Below are positions 10,151 to 16,849 of a stretch of DNA of 64,000 nt, piece by piece. A program made the translations under genes and the position numbers. The notes under the pieces were generated by a model. That model saw nothing but the letters and a program-made list of their open reading frames with translations, was not told where the DNA came from and did not search any database. Origin of the DNA: Longimicrobiales bacterium. Its GTDB lineage: Bacteria; Gemmatimonadota; Gemmatimonadetes; Longimicrobiales; Gaopeijiaceae. The DNA is taken from NCBI GenBank assembly GCA_965116905.1, contig OZ220732.1, positions 1,408,001-1,472,000 on the forward strand. The letters are read 5' to 3'. Each line of letters begins with the position of its first letter. Position 1 is the stretch's first letter.

Positions 10151-11182
10151 CTACGCCCCCGGGAACCGCTGCCGAAGCGCGTCCCGCCGCTGCCGGTAGC
10201 TCGCGTGCGGCTGACCACTCGCTCCGCTGTCCGGGTGCCTGCTCCGATTGCGCGCGGCTTCCGCGAAGGCGGCCAGGTGCACGACGGTGTCCTCGGCCAC
10301 CAGTCCGCCCGCCACCAACCCGGTGCCCACGACGCCGACATCGCGCCCCAGGCCCACTCCGGGATGCTCGTCGAAGGTGGCGCCCACAATGCGGTCGAGG
10401 AACGCCCGGGCGCCTGAAGCGGACGAGCGCGACCGCCGCCGCTCACGCCCGAGCGCATCGATGGCGTAGCTGCGCACGAGCTTCGGCAGGAACGCCGCGA
10501 ACGTGTCGGGGCGATCGAAGAGGTCCAGACCATAGCGACGCCCCCGCACCACGAACACGGCGCCGACCTGGTCGTCCCCGGCCTCCACCCCCGCCTCCAC
10601 ACCGGCCACGTAGTCATCCAGCTCCTCGCTGTGCCGGTCGAACATGGCACTCATCGCCTCCGTGGGAGACGACGCCTCCAGCCGGTCGGACTCCTCGGCG
10701 ATCGAGTCCCACACCTGCCCCTGGTCGGAATGTCGGCTGCCGCGCGAGCGCAGCGAATGCCGCACGCTCGCCACCTTCTCCGCCCGCCCCCGCACGTTCT
10801 GCACCCGGTCGGTCACCCCGAAATCCCGCTTGCTGTACGACCACCGCCCCGCTTCCACGCACGACACCGGGATCACCGTCGTTTTCCTGGCGGCCAACAG
10901 CATCGTCAGGTTGGCGACCCGGTTCTGCTTGGCCCCCACCAGCTCCTCGCCGTCGACGATGAGGACGGGCTTGTCGGCACGGTTCCTTACCAGGAGTTCG
11001 GGCACGCTGCCCCCCTCCGAGACCTCGCGGATGGAGACGAGGTCCTTCCGCAAACCATCCTCCAGCAGGAGGTACGAGAGCGGGCTCGAGCGGTCCGACG
11101 TCAGCGGGAACACGGCAAGTCCGCCGTGGTTCATCGGATCCGACAGCGTCAGGCCGGAAAGGGTGCTCTTGACGAGGTCCAT
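10151..11182 (-). CDS. DUF6569 / ARPP-1 domain protein
   Basis: AAGGAG RBS before ATG 11182 (MDLVKS); motifs GSVPEL, DGEELVGAKQNR, IPVSCVEAGRW, DQGQVW, KLVRSYAID recalled as characteristic of this family. Confidence 0.75.
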   Translation of the reverse strand: MDLVKSTLSGLTLSDPMNHGGLAVFPLTSDRSSPLSYLLLEDGLRKDLVSIREVSEGGSVPELLVRNRADKPVLIVDGEELVGAKQNRVANLTMLLAARKTTVIPVSCVEAGRWSYSKRDFGVTDRVQNVRGRAEKVASVRHSLRSRGSRHSDQGQVWDSIAEESDRLEASSPTEAMSAMFDRHSEELDDYVAGVEAGVEAGDDQVGAVFVVRGRRYGLDLFDRPDTFAAFLPKLVRSYAIDALGRERRRSRSSASGARAFLDRIVGATFDEHPGVGLGRDVGVVGTGLVAGGLVAEDTVVHLAAFAEAARNRSRHPDSGASGQPHASYRQRRDALRQRFPGA

Positions 11183-11206
11183 GGGTCTCTCCTTATGTTG
11201 GCAGTA

Positions 11207-11257
11207 TTGACCAGTTACTTGACAGTAACGGGAAATCACCAGTATGTCAACAGTCAA
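11207..11257. promoter_or_regulatory. Overlapping divergent sigma70-type promoters with palindromic operator
   Basis: AT-rich island. TTGACA on + (11219-11224) and on - (11250-11245); the minus-strand TTGACA-N17-TACTGT faces the ARPP-1 gene; palindrome GTTACT-tgac-AGTAAC at 11214-11229. Confidence 0.6.
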
Positions 11258-11287
11258 CACCAGCGAATAACAGAAGGGAAGTCCGGG

Positions 11288-12196
11288 ATGCCCAGCTACA
11301 CCGCCAGAGAGCTAGAGCGCGAGACGGGCGTCGACCGCCGGACGATCGCCTACTACGTGCAGGAGGGACTTCTGCCCAAGGTCGGGCGCCGCGGCCGCCG
11401 AACCCGCTACCCGAAGCTCTTCCGCGACCGCCTCCTCTTCATCCAGCGCGTGCGAAACGCCGAGGAGGAGGGCGAGGTGTCCGCCGTGTCGCTCAGCGAC
11501 ATCCGCAAGGTGTTCGAACGCGTGCCGCCGGCGCTGATCGCGGGTGTCGCCGACGGCCGGATCGCGGTGACGCCGGACCTGGTGTCGGAGCCCTCGACGG
11601 CATTCCGCGCGCCAGGCATGAGGCGGGCGATTCTGAGGGACCGATGGGTTGGGGAAGAGAGGGCGATGTCCCCGATGCCGGAGCCGCCCTCGCCCGCCGG
11701 CCCGCGCTACTCACCCGGGGCGCCTGCGGAAGACGAGGATTGGGGCGACGACGACGAGGAGCCGCGCGAAGGTGACCTGGTCGCGCGGGAGGAGGGGCCG
11801 CGGGCAGCGGAGCCCGAGCCGTACGCGTCGGAGCCCTCAGATGCGGAGCCGCCGCTGGAGGCGCCGCGACGGAGCGCGCCGCGGAGGAGGGCACCGCAGC
11901 GGGAGGTGGAGGTGCCGCCGGTGTACTCGCGGCTGCCGGAGGACGAGGACGCGGACGCAGACGCGGATGCGGCGCGTGGGCGCGCGGAGGAGATGGCCCT
12001 CGCCAGGGCCCTGCGGCGACTCGAGGAGGTGGCGCGCCGCAGGAACGACGAGTCGCCCAGGTCGCGGGATACCTGGACGCGGATCGGTGTTTCGCCGAAC
12101 CTGGTGCTCTCCGCACGCGGGGTCGGAGAGGAGGACGCGGCCATCGTCGAAAGAGTGCGGCGGGCGATGCGGAGGGTGATCAGGCGGGGGCGGTGA
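11288..12196 (+). CDS. MerR-family HTH transcriptional regulator with long acidic/Pro-rich linker
   Basis: From ATG 11288: YTARELERETGVDRRTIAYYVQEGLLPKVGRRGRRTRY (MerR winged HTH); low-complexity middle; short C-terminal domain RDTWTRIGVSPNLVLSAR; no cysteines. Confidence 0.85.
   Translation: MPSYTARELERETGVDRRTIAYYVQEGLLPKVGRRGRRTRYPKLFRDRLLFIQRVRNAEEEGEVSAVSLSDIRKVFERVPPALIAGVADGRIAVTPDLVSEPSTAFRAPGMRRAILRDRWVGEERAMSPMPEPPSPAGPRYSPGAPAEDEDWGDDDEEPREGDLVAREEGPRAAEPEPYASEPSDAEPPLEAPRRSAPRRRAPQREVEVPPVYSRLPEDEDADADADAARGRAEEMALARALRRLEEVARRRNDESPRSRDTWTRIGVSPNLVLSARGVGEEDAAIVERVRRAMRRVIRRGR
12131..12189 (+). repeat. Copy A of a 59-bp imperfect direct repeat (3' end of merR)
   Basis: Ungapped 51/59 match to 16001-16059, counted by eye. 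Confidence 0.85.
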
Positions 12197-12309
12197 ATTC
12201 AGTATACTCCGAAGGAGGGCCCGCATCGGGAGAGCCGATCTCGCTCTCGGTGGGAACTGGACCAACGGCCTGCTGTGCGACCGGGCGGGTCTCCACGTGC
12301 ACCTTGACG

Positions 12310-14697
12310 TCAGGCCCTGGCCAGCGCTCGTTCGAGCCGCACCATCCTGTCACTCTCTTCGTCGAGCCTCTCAGCGACGGGCGCGCTCGTCAGCAGCGAT
12401 TCGATGCGGCGCACATCCTCGGTGTATTCTTCCATTCTCCGAAGGTGCCCCACCCGGGTCTTCGTGCAGACCAGCACTTCGGTGCCTGTACGCCAGCTTG
12501 GCTGGTACTTCAAATCCGGGTGATGTCGGCGGATCTTGTCGATGAGGTGCCAGACTCCGTCGTCACCGGGTTCGAATTCCCGCGCCTGCGCGACCGGATC
12601 CCGGCAGAACTCGCGCAGCTTCGCGCAGATCCGACAATCGCACGTTGTCCGCACCTCGACGGTCCAGTCGGCGGGCTCGACGGGACCCGTCGCGCTGCGC
12701 GCCAGCAGATAATCGACGCACCGACGCCACAGCACCCGGTAGGCCTCCGCATCCTCGATGCCTCCGCGCTCATGCATCTTCATCAAGGCCGTCACGAGCG
12801 ACCGGTCCGGCGTCACGACCTCGGAGTGACCCGCAACGGCCCGAGCGGCGGCGACAGCCTCGTCGGCGATCCCCAGGCGGTGTGCGAGCACGAACAGATC
12901 GCAAATGGCTTGGGCATCGATCCACCTGTCCCCGGAATCGTTGTCCTTGCGGCTGTGGAACCCCCCCTGTCTCGACCGCTCGCGTTCGCTGCGGGCACTA
13001 GCCTCCGACTCCGCCCGAAGTCCGGCTTCCAGGCCCGACAGGGCGCTTCCCACGGCTCCGCGTATCGCATCACGCCGCGCCGCGTCCGCCGGCGTGTCAC
13101 TGCGTCGGCCTGCCAGCGTGAGTAGAGCCACAACCGCGTTCGGGCGCCGCCCCAGGTGTTTCTCAACCAGCTTCGACATGAAGACGCCAGCGTCCGCGGC
13201 CCCGATCAGGTCCAGCACCGCCGCCAGGGACTCATTCTCGCCGCCATCGTAGTCGATCAAGGCCACATGGTGGAGGAAGTCGGCGGCGAGATCTGCCTGG
13301 CCCAGGGCTTGCAGCAGGCGCAGCATCTCGCAGCGGTCCCGTGACCGTGCAAGGCTGCGCCCGCGCCGCCAGATCAGGGTCAGCCTCGCCACCAGTTGCC
13401 GCACATGTTCGCTGTCCCTGCCCTGCGAATCGCTGAAGTGGGCGGCAACCCAGGACACGGCGTGCGCGATGCTGTTGCCAGCGACAATGTCCAGAGTCTT
13501 GTTGGGAGGCCAGACGACCAGCGCCCCATGGCGGTAGACCAGCCCCATCGTCACACCCTCGTTGCCCGTCGGGTGCACGCTACGTTCGGCCGGCTCGCCG
13601 TCCGTGAGCGCGTGTCGAGACATCAGCTCCTGCGCTTCAAGTTCGATGGTGCCGAATGACGGGCGTCCGCCGTCGAGGGCCGCCCAGCCGTCCGCCATGC
13701 GCGCTCGGCGATGGAGCTCCCCGATTACGGCTTGAGGGGCCTCCTGGATGTCGTCGCCCTCCCAGTCGTCCGGCGGACTCTCGCTGGGATAGCCTCTCTC
13801 TTCGATCCTGAGAACGGCCGCGTGCAGCTCGCAGTCCGCGCCGTCCGCAGCTTTGGCAAGCACTTGCGCCACGGCTGCGTCCCTGTTCTTCAGCGTGTCG
13901 AACGACAGGCCGTCCTCGCTGTATTCGTGGTCGAGCACCCATGCCAGTTTGTCGGCACCGCCTTCTTCTCGCCACCGCGCCAGGCAGTCGGCGACCCGTC
14001 TGGTCACTTCCCGGTATTCGGGCGGCGGCAGCAGCTCTGCGGGAGACCCGACGGACAGATTGAAAAGGAGGGAGACGCGGTGGCCGTCCGTGACCGGCAG
14101 CACTTCGTGGGGACAGTCGGCGTAGAAGGCAGCGAACGACAACTCGGAGGGCTCCAAGGCGGTCAATTCGAATGTTGCCGATCGGCCCGAGTGTCGAACG
14201 ACCAGCTCGCCCCCGGCACCGGGTGTCGGCAGCGACAACGATAGGGTCGCCACCATGCCGGGTACCTTCTCGGTGTCCCGGTGTTCGGCGAAGAAGCCTC
14301 CCGGCCCGTAGACGAGGAGCTTGTAGAGCTCGACCTTCAGGCGTTCGACGGGAAGGCCCAGACCGTCGGCCACCAGACCCTTGATCTTCGCGAGCGAATC
14401 GGGCCACGCCCGACCTGTGAGACGGACATGTTCGGCGTCGATTTGCCAACTGTCGCGAACCGTCGTATCCAGAACGGTTTCGGCCCCCTTGCCGTAGGGC
14501 GACCGGGTCGCGGCGGCAATGAGCGCCTCGATCTGTGTTGCCGGCACCGGAAAGGACAATTCGCCCGCGCCCTTGACGGTGACGCACGGCATGGGGGTGA
14601 AGAGAGATCCGCCGACACAGTAGTCGCCCGGCCGGTCCACGGACTCGAGAAGTTCGTTGAGACGCTTCTGAGACGGGGTGGGCTCGGATCCGTACAT
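12310..14697 (-). CDS. Large 2OG-Fe(II) oxygenase superfamily protein
   Basis: LYKLLVYGPGGFFAEHRDTEK (HxD), GGELVVRH, AFYADCPHEVLPV (distal H), GHRVSLLFNL (2OG-binding R); helical middle; C-terminal CDCRIC...LVCTKT. Confidence 0.85.
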   Translation of the reverse strand: MYGSEPTPSQKRLNELLESVDRPGDYCVGGSLFTPMPCVTVKGAGELSFPVPATQIEALIAAATRSPYGKGAETVLDTTVRDSWQIDAEHVRLTGRAWPDSLAKIKGLVADGLGLPVERLKVELYKLLVYGPGGFFAEHRDTEKVPGMVATLSLSLPTPGAGGELVVRHSGRSATFELTALEPSELSFAAFYADCPHEVLPVTDGHRVSLLFNLSVGSPAELLPPPEYREVTRRVADCLARWREEGGADKLAWVLDHEYSEDGLSFDTLKNRDAAVAQVLAKAADGADCELHAAVLRIEERGYPSESPPDDWEGDDIQEAPQAVIGELHRRARMADGWAALDGGRPSFGTIELEAQELMSRHALTDGEPAERSVHPTGNEGVTMGLVYRHGALVVWPPNKTLDIVAGNSIAHAVSWVAAHFSDSQGRDSEHVRQLVARLTLIWRRGRSLARSRDRCEMLRLLQALGQADLAADFLHHVALIDYDGGENESLAAVLDLIGAADAGVFMSKLVEKHLGRRPNAVVALLTLAGRRSDTPADAARRDAIRGAVGSALSGLEAGLRAESEASARSERERSRQGGFHSRKDNDSGDRWIDAQAICDLFVLAHRLGIADEAVAAARAVAGHSEVVTPDRSLVTALMKMHERGGIEDAEAYRVLWRRCVDYLLARSATGPVEPADWTVEVRTTCDCRICAKLREFCRDPVAQAREFEPGDDGVWHLIDKIRRHHPDLKYQPSWRTGTEVLVCTKTRVGHLRRMEEYTEDVRRIESLLTSAPVAERLDEESDRMVRLERALARA

Positions 14698-14782
14698 TGT
14701 CGTTTTCGCTGCATTGAGAGGTGGTGGAGGGGTCCAAAGAGCTGTACAGATCCGACTAGACAGACCAGTCTATCCAATTCAC

Positions 14783-14834
14783 TGCGGGCATCGCAAGTCC
14801 GGCGGCTGGCTTCGGCCTGCCGGTGCCTCCCGCA
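14783..14834. repeat. Intergenic REP-like or terminator hairpin with TTCG loop
   Basis: TGCGGG...CCGGCGG-ct-GGC-TTCG-GCC-TGCCGG...CCCGCA nested stem downstream of the MBL gene. Confidence 0.35.
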
Positions 14835-14949
14835 CTCCACCAGAGGCTCTGGAAGACGACCCGAGCGGGTTTCGTCCCGCGGGAGGGCCCGCCGCAATCG
14901 GGGCTCGCGGGCAGCTCTACGAAGCCGGTGCGGCAGGCGGGCGAAGCTG

Positions 14950-15927
14950 CTACAGCCCCGTGTCCAGTTCGCTCATCCAGGCCTGCATGGCACGCTGGTA
15001 GAAGTTGGGGTTGAAGACGTACCATTCGCCCAGCGATGCGGGAACCTCAAAGGCTTCGGCCGCCTCATCCGGCTCCATGCCGCGGCGCCAGGCAGCTCGG
15101 GCGGCCTCCTCGACCAGGTCGATCAATGCCACGTAGCCGGTCATCGCGGCGTCGTCGGTCAACGGGCCGTGGCCCGGCACGTAGGTGCTCGCGGGCATCG
15201 CCTGCAGTGCCCGCACCGTGCGAGAGAGCTGCGACGGGACTGCATGCGTATAGTTCGGGAACATGGCGTTCCAGACCAGGTCGCCGCACCACACAGGCCC
15301 CTCGCCGCCGTCCACCTCGATCGTGACGTCGCTTGCCGTATGCCCCCGCCGCGGAACCACCGCCACCGTGCGGTCCCCCAGGTCGACATCGAGCGGTCCG
15401 TCCTCCGCAAGCACCGTCACGTCGGCCCACGGTGCGAGGATGGCGTCTCCGCGCGACTCCTGCACCAGCTCCTGCGTCGCCCGAGTGGCTCGCAGCGCGG
15501 GCGCCCGTCCGTTGTCCGGGACAAAGCCCGCGGGCCCGGCGGAGTGATCGCCGTGAAAGTGGGACACCACGACATGGTCCGGCCAGCGCCCGGTGAGATC
15601 GCGGGCCTGCTCGGCGACCCACCTCGCGCCCTCGGGGGTGTTGAAGGCCTCGTACACGAGCGTGCCCGACGACCCGCCGACGATGCCTCCGTTGCAGGTG
15701 GTGGTAAAGTCGCCTTCCAGGGGCGTCGAGATGATCGCGTACATGTTTGCACCGACCTCCTCGATCCGGGCGAACGGGGTCTGGGCCACGACGCGCCCAC
15801 CGGTCGCGGTGCGCCATCTGCCGAGGGCCACCGGCCCGAGAATCGGGGCGATCGCAGCCAGATAGGCACCGCAGCTCGCCGATGCCGACAGGAACTCGCG
15901 ACGGGTACAGTGGTCGAAATGGGTCAT
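14950..15927 (-). CDS. Tat-exported MBL-fold metallo-hydrolase
   Basis: TRREFL twin-arginine signal after ATG 15927; SHFHGDH (HxHxDH), GHTASD, CGDL, VPGHG. Confidence 0.88.
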   Translation of the reverse strand: MTHFDHCTRREFLSASASCGAYLAAIAPILGPVALGRWRTATGGRVVAQTPFARIEEVGANMYAIISTPLEGDFTTTCNGGIVGGSSGTLVYEAFNTPEGARWVAEQARDLTGRWPDHVVVSHFHGDHSAGPAGFVPDNGRAPALRATRATQELVQESRGDAILAPWADVTVLAEDGPLDVDLGDRTVAVVPRRGHTASDVTIEVDGGEGPVWCGDLVWNAMFPNYTHAVPSQLSRTVRALQAMPASTYVPGHGPLTDDAAMTGYVALIDLVEEAARAAWRRGMEPDEAAEAFEVPASLGEWYVFNPNFYQRAMQAWMSELDTGL

Positions 15928-16000
15928 CGGTTTAGTTCCCGGTAGTGTGGATGGCTCAATGGACACCCCGCACTATGATGCGTCGCGGCCCCACGGGGAA

Positions 16001-16059
16001 GAGGGCGCGGCCGTTGTCGAAAGGGCGCGGCGCGCGATGCGGCGGGTGATCAAGCGGGG
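16001..16059 (+). pseudogene. Copy B of the 59-bp repeat: remnant of a merR 3' end
   Basis: Translates as EGAAVVERARRAMRRVIKR versus EDAAIVERVRRAMRRVIRR at the merR C-terminus. Confidence 0.7.
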
Positions 16060-16062
16060 TTC

Positions 16063-16091
16063 TTGATTGCAACGCAATCGTTGTTTAGACT
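16063..16091 (+). promoter_or_regulatory. vapBC promoter with antitoxin operator palindrome
   Basis: TTGATT-N17-TAGACT; inverted repeat GATTGC-aac-GCAATC (16065-16079) overlaps the -35 and spacer; GAGGAGG RBS follows. Confidence 0.65.
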
Positions 16092-16115
16092 TCTCGACGA
16101 CGAGGAGGTACGACC

Positions 16116-16358
16116 ATGGCCAGCATCACGATCCGCAACCTGGATGACGAGGTGAAGACCCGCTTGCGAGTACGGGCGGCGGGTAACGGCCGTTCCATGG
16201 AGGAGGAAGTGCGGCTCATCCTGCGCGATGCCGTGGGGCGCAGGCCCAGTTCTCGAAATCTGGCTAGCATCGTCCGCTCCCACTTCGGGTCGGCCAGGGG
16301 CGTGGACCTGGAGTTGCCTCCCCGTGAGGCCGCGCGTGAGCCACCGTCCTTCGAGTGA
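16116..16358 (+). CDS. vapB: Ribbon-helix-helix antitoxin (FitA/VapB-like)
   Basis: MASITIRNLDDEVKTRLRVRAAGNGRSMEEEVRLIL, a FitA-type RHH domain. Confidence 0.88.
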   Translation: MASITIRNLDDEVKTRLRVRAAGNGRSMEEEVRLILRDAVGRRPSSRNLASIVRSHFGSARGVDLELPPREAAREPPSFE

Positions 16359-16795
16359 GTTCGCGGGGATTGTCCATGCTGTTGGACACCAACGTCGTGT
16401 CCGAACTGGTTCGCAAGTCACCCAATCCTGCGGTGGTGACCTGGGTCTCGGCCCACGCCCTGGAAGATCTGTTCCTTTCCGCGGTTAGCGAAGCGGAGCT
16501 GCGTTACGGCGTGGCCATCCTGCCGGTGGGCCGACGGCGGGACAGGATGTTCTTCCAGATTGAGGCGATGCTGCGAGAAGCGTTCGAGGACCGAGTGTTG
16601 CCGTTCGACAGCGACGCCGCGGGCGCGTACGGGAACATTGCGGCTGGCCGCCGCTCCACCGGACGCCCCGTGGCAGTTGCGGATTGCCAGATCGCGGCGA
16701 TTGCGGCGTCCCGCGGCATGGCGGTGGCGACGCGAAACGTCCGCGATTTCGAGAACATGGGAATCGAGATCGTGGATCCCTGGGCAGGCGCGTAG
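16355..16795 (+). CDS. vapC: PIN-domain toxin (FitB/VapC-like)
   Basis: LLDTNVVSE, AELRYG, ADCQIAAIA, VATRNVRDF; GTGA overlap (alternative start 16376). Confidence 0.92.
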   Translation: MSSRGLSMLLDTNVVSELVRKSPNPAVVTWVSAHALEDLFLSAVSEAELRYGVAILPVGRRRDRMFFQIEAMLREAFEDRVLPFDSDAAGAYGNIAAGRRSTGRPVAVADCQIAAIAASRGMAVATRNVRDFENMGIEIVDPWAGA

Positions 16796-16849
16796 CTACG
16801 GCCCGATCAACTAGCTACGGCCCGATCAACTAGCTACGGCCCGATCAAC
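16793..16849. repeat. Perfect tandem repeat, 3 x 19 bp TAGCTACGGCCCGATCAAC
   Basis: Copies at 16793, 16812 and 16831; spans the convergent stops of vapC and the M14 gene. Confidence 0.95.

Noticed and set aside
11288..12196. Mercury-resistance operon (merR plus the distant merC-like gene)
   Set aside because: The MerR protein has no cysteines, no merA/T/P is present, and the MerC-domain gene is 51 kb away.
14950..15927. Metallo-beta-lactamase resistance gene
   Set aside because: HxHxDH is shared by the whole MBL fold; nothing specific supports beta-lactamase activity.
10151..16795. Autonomous mobile element or prophage
   Set aside because: No integrase, transposase, terminal inverted repeats or phage genes recognised; reported only as an accessory block.
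16793..16849. Possible CRISPR array
   Set aside because: Units are directly adjacent with no spacers, and no cas genes are in the window.
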